64,000 bases of DNA from a virus (taxonomy: Duplodnaviria; Caudoviricetes): IMG/VR virus record IMGVR_UViG_2524023228_000003, positions 10,872-74,871 of that record; one strand, 5' to 3'. The notes under the pieces were generated by a model. It searched no databases. It had not been told where the DNA came from and was given only the letters and a program-made list of their open reading frames with translations. Position numbers and translations under genes: made by a program. Positions 1 through 9,228 of this stretch are shown here, piece by piece. Numbering within the stretch: the stretch's first letter is position 1; each line of letters opens with the position of its first letter.

Positions 1-414
1 CAGGCCCTTCTTGTTGACGCGATAGAGACCGTTCCAACATGTGCGATTTAGGTAAATTAGCCGCGCAGCCCTGCTTGATGGCTTTGCGGGCTTGCTTGCT
101 CTTACTTCGTAGTAGTAATCGTCCGAATGCTGCTTGCTGTGCTTTTCGAGGGCTGATTGTACCCCTTTCGGATCATCACGCAGCGCTAGGTAAGTAGCTA
201 CCAATTCTTCATTCAGATCTGAAATGATCCCACCGGACGGCCTAACGTGAAAATAGACTGCCCCGCTCCCGAGGAACGGCTCGAAATAGTTTCGAACGCC
301 TGAGGGAATAAGATCTGGAAATCTCTGTATGAGCCATCGCTTCCCACCAGCCCACTTTAGGAAGGGATCAAACTGCGCGTGAACGTCATGAGTTGAGCCG
401 ACCGTTGCATCCAT
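1..414 (-). CDS. dam: Dam-family DNA adenine methyltransferase (partial, runs off window start)
   Basis: Hand translation MDATVG..FDPFLKWAGGKRWL..YFEPFLGSGAVYF..IYLNRTCWNGLYRVNKKG contains the Dam/D12-class motifs; absent from the ORF track because it is truncated. Confidence 0.9.
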   Translation of the reverse strand, partial: MDATVGSTHDVHAQFDPFLKWAGGKRWLIQRFPDLIPSGVRNYFEPFLGSGAVYFHVRPSGGIISDLNEELVATYLALRDDPKGVQSALEKHSKQHSDDYYYEVRASKPAKPSSRAARLIYLNRTCWNGLYRVNKKGL

Positions 415-755
415 TTTCTTCTCGAGATCTCCGAGCGCGCACAACCCAGCTTTCGGAAGATTCTCTATGGGTTGGCCGACTCAATGCACCTCCTTTATCG
501 TAGACTCGCCCCAGACGGGCAATAGGCTCTCATGTGCAACTCTGGCCTATTCCGGCCAAAATTGCGCAGCTGCCACGCGGCCGTCGCCTGCGGATTAGGT
601 AGGCCTCATGTAGGCGCAATCGGCAAAAATGATTGCCCGCTTGGCGCCGGTTACGCTGGAATCTTCCAGGTCCTCACCAAGTTGATCGACGCTGCCCACC
701 ATCTCAGCGGCCGGGCGCGCCGAGCGCCTGGAAGACGTTTCGATCCGGCCTCGTA

Positions 756-932
756 GTGCTGAACCAGCGCCGTATCGAGTGGCTCTGCTGGATCATCGGG
801 CACTGGAGTGTCTACGAGCCGTGGAGGCGGGGTCAGCGCCACTGGCTGCGGCCAAATGCCTGCTGCCGCTGCAGTGAGCTGGATCACTGGCAGGTCTCCC
901 GTACCAAGTTCAAACCCTTGGATGTGTCATGA
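756..932 (+). CDS. Small Trp/Cys-rich hypothetical protein
   Basis: GTG start, 3' part of track ORF 633..932. Confidence 0.3.
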   Translation: MLNQRRIEWLCWIIGHWSVYEPWRRGQRHWLRPNACCRCSELDHWQVSRTKFKPLDVS

Positions 933-1098
933 ACGGCTGGACCCAAGCTGCGATCGGCCCTTCGCTACGCGCGCGCGTTAGTCGTGCCCTAGACTTCTGC
1001 CAAGGGGGAACTCAAAGTTAAATACCGAAAATGCCGGTCGCGGGTTCCATCGGAAGGGCCTTGAACTCTGCTATAGTCGTGTCTGGAGAGAGGACGCC

Positions 1099-1392
1099 AT
1101 GGACCCGACAGCCGTTGTTGTAGCTCTGATTTCAGCAGCCGCCGTAATAATTGCAGCCGTGATAAAGGCAAATGCACATCAACCACGTCGTCCATATGAA
1201 CCGTACGAACCCGAAATCGTTTATCGGCAAGCTCCGGTACGGCAATCTGATGATCCGATTTGGCTCTGCGTAGCGGCCCTATGCATCTTAGCTCTCGGGT
1301 TGCTGCTCCTCACGGGGGACATCTACGGACCTGAAGTGCCCATATTCGCGTTCGTCGCGTTTCTTTCCCTCGTGATCGCGAAGAGGCGCTAG
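1099..1392 (+). CDS. Small membrane protein (three hydrophobic segments)
   Basis: GGAGAGAGGA RBS; hydrophobic stretches; lower GC than the phage core. Confidence 0.6.
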   Translation: MDPTAVVVALISAAAVIIAAVIKANAHQPRRPYEPYEPEIVYRQAPVRQSDDPIWLCVAALCILALGLLLLTGDIYGPEVPIFAFVAFLSLVIAKRR

Positions 1393-1441
1393 TCGCCTCC
1401 GCCGCGGCAGGTTCGGGCTCAGCGTCACCCCCGGGTCAGCT

Positions 1442-1723
1442 TCATGTTGATGAGCCGCATTTCGCTTTCAACTCCTGGTCCAGGACATGGATCTGGCGCC
1501 ACAGCTCCGTGATCCTCGCCTTGAGTTCTGCCTCCGTCATCGACGCCTTCGGCTCCGGGTCCGGCAGCGCGTACGCACAGTCGGCGCAGATGACAGCTCT
1601 CTTGTCCCCGATGAATGTCTTGTCCTCTTGATCCCTGCACCCTGCTCCATGGCAATGGTTCAGGTATGACCCGGGCGCCCAGCCATATCGCTGGGGCCTC
1701 GAGTCCTCTTTCCAGCGCAACAT
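1442..1723 (-). CDS. Phage hypothetical protein (CxxC-type Cys pairs)
   Basis: Start overlaps the corrected stop of the upstream kinase (TGATG). Confidence 0.6.
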   Translation of the reverse strand: MLRWKEDSRPQRYGWAPGSYLNHCHGAGCRDQEDKTFIGDKRAVICADCAYALPDPEPKASMTEAELKARITELWRQIHVLDQELKAKCGSST

Positions 1724-2399
1724 CAGCGACCGAGCCCGGTTGCCAGCGCGAGCCCGGCGGCAGCCGCGATCGCCTTCTTCGAGTTGGCGTGGTCTGCTGC
1801 ACCCGGCTGAAGTGCTGCGCCATCGCCTTGTCCAGGTCGGCGTAGAGCGTTTCCACGTCGGAGTCGTTGTGGATGATGTAGTCCGGCTGGATCAGGTCGA
1901 TGCGCTCGCTCGGGTGAACGCCCCACATGATGCCGAACTTGTCGAACAGGAACTCGCCCAGCTTGTGCTTGAACTTCGCCGGCCGCGTGCCCGGGCGCTT
2001 GATCATGATCACGAAGCCGCCGAGGCCACGGATCGCCTTCGCCTCGTTCGGGAAGCGCACGGAGTCGTTCATGACGGACTCGCCATCGGCGATGCCGCGA
2101 GCCCAGGTGTTGGCCCACAGATCCTCGCTGATCAGGTTGCGGCCCCACTCGGTGCCGATCGTGATCTGCGCATAGCGCGAGGTGACGCCCAGGCACGGGA
2201 TCACCTGCTCCTTCAGATCGCCCTCCAGGTAGCGTGTGATCTCCTCGGACGACATGCCGTTCGCCTGGAGCAGCACCGCGAGCATGGCCCGCAGCGGCTC
2301 AGCGATGTGCTTGCGGCGCACGCCGTACTTCTTCTCCAGGTACAGCGCCGCCGTGGTCTTTCCCGACTGTGCGAAGCCCGATAGGCCGATAACCGTCAT
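1723..2399 (-). CDS. Deoxynucleoside monophosphate kinase, 1-bp frameshift near the C-terminus (~1788)
   Basis: VIGLSGFAQSGKTT P-loop, R..Q..GTEWGR, DSVRFPNE, HPSE motifs of T4 gp1-like dNMP kinases; the last ~22 codons (ANSKKAIAAAAGLALATGLGR*) are in another frame. Confidence 0.85.
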
Positions 2400-2433
2400 T
2401 TGCAGTCCCTTTCCTTTGCATTCAAACAAGCGT

Positions 2434-3393
2434 TCAGGCAGCAAGCAGCTGCCGCGTCACGTCCACGGCGTCCCACAGCGTCGGGACTCTGAAACCGACG
2501 AGCTGGTTGACCATGGCGTGTTCGTGGGGGTTGCCGTAGGCCGCCGGCGGCGTGAACTTCACGGGCTCACGAGCCTGAGCGGCCTTCCAACTCGCATAGA
2601 GGTCTTCCTGTTCTTGGACGATCTCCGGCGGACGACGCTGGAATCCCTTGTGGCCTTTGTGACCTTCCGGACGAAATCCTGCGTTGATCTTTTCGATCTC
2701 GAAACCGAGCGCCGCCTGAGCGCGCTTGATGACGAGATGGGGATAGATCGCCTGAGCGAGTATCGCTGCATCCTTGTTGTTCACGGTCCAGCGCCACGCC
2801 TCGCGCCATTGGGGATTGTTGCTACGCTTGTACGGGCCTGTGATCACGCCGAGTCCGTTGCTCCGCTGATACGCGGCGTCGATCATCTCCTTGTCGGTCA
2901 TGGTGACCTGGATCCGGAACTCGAAGCACGGGCTGCCGGAATCCCGGACGCGACGCACGACGTAGACGCACCCCTCTCCGTCGATGAGAGCGGCAAGCCA
3001 ACCGAGATGGTTGTGGTCAATGGTGTGCGCCGGAGCATCTTCCATAGCGCAAACGATCGGGATGTCCTTCGAGTTTGCCCACGCGATCTCAAGCATGGTC
3101 CCGATCGAGACCTTCGGCGCTGCCAGCAGATTCACCAGCAACACGTCGCAGCGCATCGCGTCCCAGCGATCACGGATGGTCAGCCCCTTCGGGGTGGACA
3201 TCGGCGACTTCAGTCGCTCGGTCTCCTTGGCTGCATCGGTGAAGATACCGATCGCCTTCATGTGCTCCTGGAAGCGGAGCGGCGAGAGCGCCTTGATCCC
3301 GAACTGGGCGAGTTCGCCTTTCGCGTACTCGCGCCAGTCCGTGGCGCCCTCGAAGTTGAGACCGGAGATGGGTCCGGCCAGATAAACCAGCAT
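2434..3393 (-). CDS. Nucleoside 2-deoxyribosyltransferase-like protein with in-frame LAGLIDADG endonuclease domain
   Basis: VYLAGPISG..DRWDAMRCDVLLVNL..SIGTMLEIAWA..IPIV (NDT fold), then WLAALIDGEGCVYV..FRIQVTMTD..YPHLVIKRAQA (LAGLIDADG), then GNPHEHAM..GFRVPTL C-terminus. Confidence 0.8.
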   Translation of the reverse strand: MLVYLAGPISGLNFEGATDWREYAKGELAQFGIKALSPLRFQEHMKAIGIFTDAAKETERLKSPMSTPKGLTIRDRWDAMRCDVLLVNLLAAPKVSIGTMLEIAWANSKDIPIVCAMEDAPAHTIDHNHLGWLAALIDGEGCVYVVRRVRDSGSPCFEFRIQVTMTDKEMIDAAYQRSNGLGVITGPYKRSNNPQWREAWRWTVNNKDAAILAQAIYPHLVIKRAQAALGFEIEKINAGFRPEGHKGHKGFQRRPPEIVQEQEDLYASWKAAQAREPVKFTPPAAYGNPHEHAMVNQLVGFRVPTLWDAVDVTRQLLAA

Positions 3394-3425
3394 GCAAGCC
3401 CCCTTATTTGCATTCATGCAAGCGA

Positions 3426-5390
3426 TTAGACAACGAAAGACGCAGCGGGCATGCGGATGACCCGCCGTCCCGGACGCCACTTGCCCTTTTGGAGCGTGGC
3501 CAGTGAACGCTTCCCATCCGGATACTGAATGGTCACGGTGACCGCCCAGCCCGACAGGCCCTTGTTGTAGCCGTGACGCAGGTTCATGACGCCGGAGACG
3601 TACACGCCCTCGTTGATCTCGGGGCTGTGCTTGTCGCCGATCGACATCTTGCGCCCTGCCCGCGCAAAGCCGGCCACGGTGCCCTTGGCGCCGTTCGCTC
3701 CGCGGAAGCCGTGGTTGCCGACCTCGATGCCGTCGATCAGGAAGCTGTAGCCGTCGACGCACCACTGGACCAGCTCGCCCAGCTCTGGGCGCTTGATCCG
3801 GACTGCGTGCTCCAGCAGCGAGAAGCGCGGCAACGGCAGGTCATTGTCCAGCGCGTAGGAGCGCTCCTCGACATACCCGAGGTAGGCATCCTCCAGCTGG
3901 AGGCCGTAACGGATGTTGGTGCCGTCGTTGCGGTACCGGCCCTCACGGACGTACTTCTCCAGCGCCAGGTCGTGGTTACCTTCGGCGATGATGGCCTTGC
4001 GGTCCTCGCGCGCCAGCAGCGCCAGGAAATCGCCGACTCCATCGACCTCGTTCTCCACGCTGTCGCGGCGACGGATCGCCATCTCGTAGCTGTGGGCGTT
4101 GTCGTGGACGTGGTGGTGGTTTCGAGCCTCGTTGTCGAAGATGTCGTGCAGGATGACGTTCTCGGGGTTGAGGACGTCGACCATGCTGTTGCGGAACTGC
4201 GCTCGGCCGCCCCGCATATCCCATCCGAAGATGGCCATGCAGTTGGTCTGGTCGATCTTGCGGACGTGGATGTCCGGCATGGTGATCGCCTTGACGCGGT
4301 GCCCGGTCGTGACCTCGGCGTTCGCCACATAGGCGTCGAGGTCATAGAACGAGCCGTCATCATCGTTGGCCGTGATCTGGCGGCAGAAGATGTCCCCGTC
4401 CTCGTCGAACTGGACCACGGTGGCGCCGATCACCTGATGGAACAGAGACTTCACGCCGGCCTTGCGCGGGATGACCTTGGGGCGCGTCACGGCGCCCGAC
4501 GTCATGACCTGGTGGGCCTGGATCGTCGGATCGGTCGAGGGCACGCTCTTGAGCTGCCGCTTGGCGTGCGGGAACACGGCCCAGCGGCCCCGGCTGTACG
4601 TCACCAGATCGGAGATCGGCGCGGATGCGGTCGGCAGCGTGTTCATCTCGCCGCAGAACATGAAGTTGTCGCCGACCTTCATCTGGCCGAAGCACAGATA
4701 CGGCGACAGCTCGGTGGCGTAGGCACGCGCGGTTGGGTTGTTCTCGGCCCACCACTGGGTCTCGTAGGTCCAGGGACCGACGACGATCTCGGCGTCGATG
4801 TAGGCCGCGTAGGCCTGGAGGTTGGCCCAGAACTCCTCGTGGAGCGGAGCGTCGTTCTGCGCTCCGGTGAAGATGAAGCTGCGGCCACGCGAGTCCTCGA
4901 CGGGCTCGACGCGCAGGGTGTCGCTCATCCAGGTGCGGGGCGTGCCCTCCTTGATGACGTAGGCGCCCAGCTGGCGGTCGTAACGACGCACCAGGTAGGA
5001 GTCGATGATGATGGCATCCGGGTTGATGACCGGATAGTTCGATGCGGTGATGAGGGAGGTAACTTCCGCGGAGAGGGATTCCGCACGCTTGTGGGCGTGG
5101 TCTTCGGCGGACAGTTCTTCGCCTGCTTCTTCGGCACCGCGGGTCACGGTGGCGGTCTTTACAGGCGGGATGTAGAGCGACCAGTCGACCGCGAAGTTCT
5201 CGCGGCGCTTGCGCTTCAGCGCCTCTTCGGCGCGGACCCAGTTCGGATAGTTGATGCCGTCGCGGCGCTCCGCAGTCTTGGTGGCGGAGGCGAGGCCCCC
5301 ACGCTGCCCCTGCGGGTGGTAACCCAGCTTGAGCAGATCTTCGATGACCTGCTTTCTGCGAGCGCGTTCTTCGGTGGTGAGGAGCGTCAT
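3426..5390 (-). CDS. Phage calcineurin-like metallophosphoesterase
   Basis: PDIH, LHDIFD, EGNHD, GNHG, GDKHSP metal-binding motifs in order. Confidence 0.75.
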   Translation of the reverse strand: MTLLTTEERARRKQVIEDLLKLGYHPQGQRGGLASATKTAERRDGINYPNWVRAEEALKRKRRENFAVDWSLYIPPVKTATVTRGAEEAGEELSAEDHAHKRAESLSAEVTSLITASNYPVINPDAIIIDSYLVRRYDRQLGAYVIKEGTPRTWMSDTLRVEPVEDSRGRSFIFTGAQNDAPLHEEFWANLQAYAAYIDAEIVVGPWTYETQWWAENNPTARAYATELSPYLCFGQMKVGDNFMFCGEMNTLPTASAPISDLVTYSRGRWAVFPHAKRQLKSVPSTDPTIQAHQVMTSGAVTRPKVIPRKAGVKSLFHQVIGATVVQFDEDGDIFCRQITANDDDGSFYDLDAYVANAEVTTGHRVKAITMPDIHVRKIDQTNCMAIFGWDMRGGRAQFRNSMVDVLNPENVILHDIFDNEARNHHHVHDNAHSYEMAIRRRDSVENEVDGVGDFLALLAREDRKAIIAEGNHDLALEKYVREGRYRNDGTNIRYGLQLEDAYLGYVEERSYALDNDLPLPRFSLLEHAVRIKRPELGELVQWCVDGYSFLIDGIEVGNHGFRGANGAKGTVAGFARAGRKMSIGDKHSPEINEGVYVSGVMNLRHGYNKGLSGWAVTVTIQYPDGKRSLATLQKGKWRPGRRVIRMPAASFVV

Positions 5391-5516
5391 TTTACCCTGT
5401 GGTTGGTTGGGAACCCGAAACCACGAGGGTGTGCCTACCCCCGAGATTTCGGCCTCGGAGGTAGCACATCATTTGCCTTCGTGCAAATATCAGAATGCAA
5501 ACGGAGCAGTCAAGCG

Positions 5517-5858
5517 TTATTTGGATGTCAGCTTGATCATGTTGACCATGCGATCGACGATCGCATCGGGCATCTTCATGACCGCGTCCGACAAGCTGTC
5601 CATGCGTTCGGTGAGCCGAGTCTCGATCGCCCTAACGGTATCCCAGGAGGCGTACTCCTCGACCACCTTGAGCTTGAACGCGGTCACCTCCTTCATCGCG
5701 TCCTCGGCCTTGACCTGTGCCTTGGCGACAGCAGCATCGGCGTCGGAGCGGACCTTATCGATCTTGCCTTCGACCTTCCACCAGATGCCGGACACGAATC
5801 CGGCAATGGCGAGGAACGGCCCCACGAGCTGCAGAGCCTCTGAAAAATCCATGGCCAT
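5517..5858 (-). CDS. Single-TM coiled-coil lysis-region protein (possible holin)
   Basis: N-terminal TM segment, located directly after the spanins. Confidence 0.45.
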   Translation of the reverse strand: MAMDFSEALQLVGPFLAIAGFVSGIWWKVEGKIDKVRSDADAAVAKAQVKAEDAMKEVTAFKLKVVEEYASWDTVRAIETRLTERMDSLSDAVMKMPDAIVDRMVNMIKLTSK

Positions 5859-6154
5859 TAAAGGTAGCCTTCCTTCTCTGCTCGATCGAGCAGGGCCATG
5901 CAGGCCTTGGTGTCTTCGATGTTGGTGTTTGCGCCGATCAGCGCGGCCCGGTAGCGGGCGATCACGGTACGGGTGTCCATGCCGGCCTTGATGGGCGGCA
6001 GATCAACCCTCTGCGCGACCCTCATGCAGGCCTCGATGTTCGGCCGCTGCTCCACGGGAGCGTTGCTACCGGATGTTTGACAGGCTGCGAGCATCAGCGG
6101 GAGACAGAACAAGCCCCCGGCCCTTCGCATGCCGGCGAGCCAGCTGCGTTTCAT
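5858..6154 (-). CDS. o-spanin (Rz1-like lipoprotein)
   Basis: Lipobox LAAC after a hydrophobic signal; overlaps the 3' end of the i-spanin; start may be 6130. Confidence 0.7.
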   Translation of the reverse strand: MKRSWLAGMRRAGGLFCLPLMLAACQTSGSNAPVEQRPNIEACMRVAQRVDLPPIKAGMDTRTVIARYRAALIGANTNIEDTKACMALLDRAEKEGYL

Positions 6155-6557
6155 AGTCCTTGACCTTCTTTTGGAGATTGGCTTTCGCCGCTTCGGACTC
6201 GGAGAGCTGTTTCTTCAGCTCGTCCTCGCGCTGGTTGGCCTCATCGGCCGCGCTATCGTCCGGGCACTGCGGATGACGGGTCTCTTTCGGCCCGTTGCAC
6301 TGCCAGTACGGGATTTCAGGCTGCGGCACCGACCTCTCGTCGGCCTGCGCCAGGTCTTCCTTGAGCTGCCTGACTTGCGCCTGCAGATCCGACTTGCCGG
6401 CCTCGCCCAGGTGATAGGCATATCCGGCGGTGACGACGAGGATGATCAAGGCCGCGATGACCTTGACCTTCCAGTTGGTGAGCATTCCCTGGGCTTTCGC
6501 CCAATAGAACGTGACCGCCTCCCTGAAGGCGGCGGCCCTTGCCATGACTTTATCCAA
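6066..6557 (-). CDS. i-spanin (Rz-like)
   Basis: N-terminal TM (VIAALIILVVTAGYAY) then coiled coil; follows the endolysin. Confidence 0.7.
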   Translation of the reverse strand: MDKVMARAAAFREAVTFYWAKAQGMLTNWKVKVIAALIILVVTAGYAYHLGEAGKSDLQAQVRQLKEDLAQADERSVPQPEIPYWQCNGPKETRHPQCPDDSAADEANQREDELKKQLSESEAAKANLQKKVKDYETQLARRHAKGRGLVLSPADARSLSNIR

Positions 6558-7722
6558 GGTGAACTCCGGTTTGGTGATCGTGCAGACGCCGCTTGATGAC
6601 GTCGCCGTAGAGCTTCCAGGTGACGAAGCCGACGACGATCACGCCGACCCACCAGTACGGTGCGAGCGCGTGCGCCGTGTCATGGATCGAGTCCATGACA
6701 CCCTTGAGCTGATTGACCTTGTCGACCATGCCCTGGATCTGATCGAGAGCGCCGGTCTGCGAGGCGCCGCCGAGGGCACCAGCGCCAACCAGGATCTTCG
6801 ACATCAGGGAGCCCTTGTCGGCCGCCTGGATCGTCTGGGAGCCGGCAGAGCGCAGATCGTCGACGGTCGCCGAGGCGCGCTCCGGGGCGATCTCACGCTT
6901 CTCCTCGGTCTTGTAGAGGAGCGCCGTGGTCTCATCGTTCGGATGGCCGGTGACCTTCAGGCCTTCGCGCCGCTGGAACGCGGAGCAAGCGCCCGTGGTC
7001 AGATCGCCCCAGTCGCCATCGAGCTTGCCGACGTTGAAACCCAGCTCCTTCAGCTTGGTCTGGTAGACCAGCGTGACGGTCTTGCCCGGCTTGGGATAGA
7101 ACTCGCCCTGCGAGATCTGGCCGAGGCGCCGTTCCCAGCGCTCATCCGCCGTCTTCATGCGGGTGTCGTAGTTGTTCTGCTTGTAGCCGGCGCCGTTGTA
7201 GCCGCGGGCGAACGAGGCAAAGTTCTTCGCGATGAGGAACTTGTCCAGGTGGCTGGTCTTGATCTCGCGGACCAGCGCATCAATCTGCTCTGCGATGCCC
7301 TTCGACAGCTCGTCGACCATCTCGGTCGCGTTCGGATACTTCAGGCGCTCGGCATTGAAGCCCATGGTCTGCCCGAGACCCCAGGAAGCCGCACGGTTGG
7401 CGACCTCCTCGTCGATCTTGCGCGCCTTCGCGATGACGTTCAGCCGGCCGGCAGAGGTGCCCTGGTCCTTGTACTGGGTGTTGCGGCTCCACTTCGGGAT
7501 CGCGAGTCCAGCCATGATGGCGGACTTGAGCTTGCTCGGCTGGTGCTTCTGCAGCTCGGAATAGAACTTGTGCCGCTCGAAGAGCAGCGAGGGCGTGTGG
7601 CCGTCCTGCTCGAACGGCTTGCCCGAGGTTTCGCATTCCACGACGGCGAGCAGCGCCGACGCGGGCCAACCTTCGGCCTTCGCCGCCTGCACGATGGCGT
7701 CGATGATCTCTTGACTGAACAT
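6550..7722 (-). CDS. Endolysin: N-acetylmuramidase (DUF3380-like) + peptidoglycan-binding domain + hydrophobic C-terminus
   Basis: AVVECET..LLFERHKFY..SWGLGQTMGFN..FARGYNG; Q..LKELGF..DGDWG..T..A..AFQ PG-binding repeat. Confidence 0.85.
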   Translation of the reverse strand: MFSQEIIDAIVQAAKAEGWPASALLAVVECETSGKPFEQDGHTPSLLFERHKFYSELQKHQPSKLKSAIMAGLAIPKWSRNTQYKDQGTSAGRLNVIAKARKIDEEVANRAASWGLGQTMGFNAERLKYPNATEMVDELSKGIAEQIDALVREIKTSHLDKFLIAKNFASFARGYNGAGYKQNNYDTRMKTADERWERRLGQISQGEFYPKPGKTVTLVYQTKLKELGFNVGKLDGDWGDLTTGACSAFQRREGLKVTGHPNDETTALLYKTEEKREIAPERASATVDDLRSAGSQTIQAADKGSLMSKILVGAGALGGASQTGALDQIQGMVDKVNQLKGVMDSIHDTAHALAPYWWVGVIVVGFVTWKLYGDVIKRRLHDHQTGVHLG

Positions 7723-7735
7723 GTGATACTCGTTG

Positions 7736-8917
7736 TTACGGATTGGTGGTGAAACCGCCCTCGGCGATTGCGTCGATGTCCCGCTGGGTGAGGTCGTCGC
7801 GCTTCACATTGGGGTGGGTGCGGAGGTATTCGCCGAGCGTCTCACCCGGTCCTGGCCGCATGAACTCCTTGGACGCTTCCGCGTAGTCGGCGCCGTCGCC
7901 CGGGAGCTTGCACTCCATCTGCGACTTGATGCCGGTGCTCTTGATGTACGTGTGGGTCACCTTGTCGATGACGTACGAGCCGTTGATGCCGTCTCGCATG
8001 CCGGTCACGATCAGCGTCTGCTGATCACGGATCCAAGGGTCGCCCTTGGCGAGATCGAACACCGCCTGCACTTCTGCGCGCTTGAGGTTCTCGGCCTGAG
8101 AGCCTGCTGCCGCCTTGGCTTCCGCTTCAGAGTTGAAGAGTTGGCCGATGTTGAAAGCGCCGCCGAACTTCTTGGCGAGTCCAACTCCTCCGTCTCCGCT
8201 CGTGACCGGTGAGCCGACCCATTTGCGGACCATCTCGTCCTTGTCGAACCACGAGGCCTTGACCTCTCCGTAGCCAGGCTTGCTGGTGTAGCGAACCTGC
8301 CAGGTACCGAAGTGCTCCGGCTGAAGCACAAGCGTCGGCAGTGCGACTCCACTCGTGGTCTCGCCTCCGTCGCGCTTGGCAAACATCAGCTTGCCGTCCA
8401 CGACCTTGGCCACAGCTCCTGTCATGCGCTCCAGCTCGTGGATCATGTGCAGGTTGCTGACGACCTGGTTCTTGAAGGGGATTTTGAGCGCTCCGAGGTC
8501 GCCCGAGATGGACAGACCGAGGCCAGTTTGCTGGGCCATTTGACCGAGGATGTCGGAGACTGATTTGTTATCGAACTCCCTTATGGTGGGAGCTTTTTGG
8601 ATGTCGGTCGCGCCGGTCGATTTGCCGACCAGCTTGATATTTCGGGGCGGACCGAGGAACGTTACGTCGTCGATCTCGAATGAGCCCATGTAGGCAAGGC
8701 CTACTTCCTGGTAGCCGAGCCAGATCTGAAGAGTCTCACCAGTCAGCGGCCGAGCGACACGCCAGTCGCGGTCGTCGATGAGGATGGTGCATTGATCGTC
8801 GTTGCCGTTGCCGGACTGAAGATCGACCCTGATCTGAAGCGTCCGGTCGTTGAGCCGGCCAGTGATGTCCTCGCCACCTTTGAAGACCCGGTAGATCGGG
8901 GTGTAGCCAGTGGTCAC
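7736..8917 (-). CDS. Phage late control D / baseplate hub (P2 gpD-like)
   Basis: DQCTILIDD..IWLGY..MGSFEIDDV motifs; position after gpX. Confidence 0.85.
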   Translation of the reverse strand: MTTGYTPIYRVFKGGEDITGRLNDRTLQIRVDLQSGNGNDDQCTILIDDRDWRVARPLTGETLQIWLGYQEVGLAYMGSFEIDDVTFLGPPRNIKLVGKSTGATDIQKAPTIREFDNKSVSDILGQMAQQTGLGLSISGDLGALKIPFKNQVVSNLHMIHELERMTGAVAKVVDGKLMFAKRDGGETTSGVALPTLVLQPEHFGTWQVRYTSKPGYGEVKASWFDKDEMVRKWVGSPVTSGDGGVGLAKKFGGAFNIGQLFNSEAEAKAAAGSQAENLKRAEVQAVFDLAKGDPWIRDQQTLIVTGMRDGINGSYVIDKVTHTYIKSTGIKSQMECKLPGDGADYAEASKEFMRPGPGETLGEYLRTHPNVKRDDLTQRDIDAIAEGGFTTNP

Positions 8918-8934
8918 GATGCCTCCTAAAACGC

Positions 8935-8957
8935 AAAAAGCCGCCCCGGAGGGCGGC
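8935..8957 (-). terminator. Intrinsic terminator-like hairpin between gpX and gpD
   Basis: GCCGCCC-TCCG-GGGCGGC followed by a T-run on the minus strand. Confidence 0.55.
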
Positions 8958-9006
8958 CAGATACGCGAGTGCGTATATTCGCTGGATATACGCGATCGCG
9001 TCTAAA

Positions 9007-9228
9007 TCACTTCCAGAGGAAGACCTGCGGGATGACCGGGGGCTGCGTCAGTTTGCGCGGCGCCTCCGGAAGGTTGATCGTGATGCCCATCGGGAGGACG
9101 ATCCCGCGCAGCTCGACACCGTCGTTCTGCTCGATGACCCACTCGACAATCTGATTGTCGGTCGAGCCATAGCGGTCAAAGCAGATGCGGTCGAGGCGAT
9201 CGTAAAGCTTGGTGATGTACGTCGACAT
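9007..9228 (-). CDS. Tail protein X (P2 gpX-like)
   Basis: DRLDRICFDRYG..VEWVIEQN..LPMGITINLPE. Confidence 0.85.
   Translation of the reverse strand: MSTYITKLYDRLDRICFDRYGSTDNQIVEWVIEQNDGVELRGIVLPMGITINLPEAPRKLTQPPVIPQVFLWK

Noticed and set aside
1425-1790. Extended C-terminus of the dNMP kinase in the ORF track
   Set aside because: An artefact of a 1-bp frameshift; it overlaps the separate gene 1442..1723.
2536-3036. Intein in the NDT-like gene
   Set aside because: No C/S at the insert start and no HN-C/S/T at its end; kept as an unexplained in-frame insertion.
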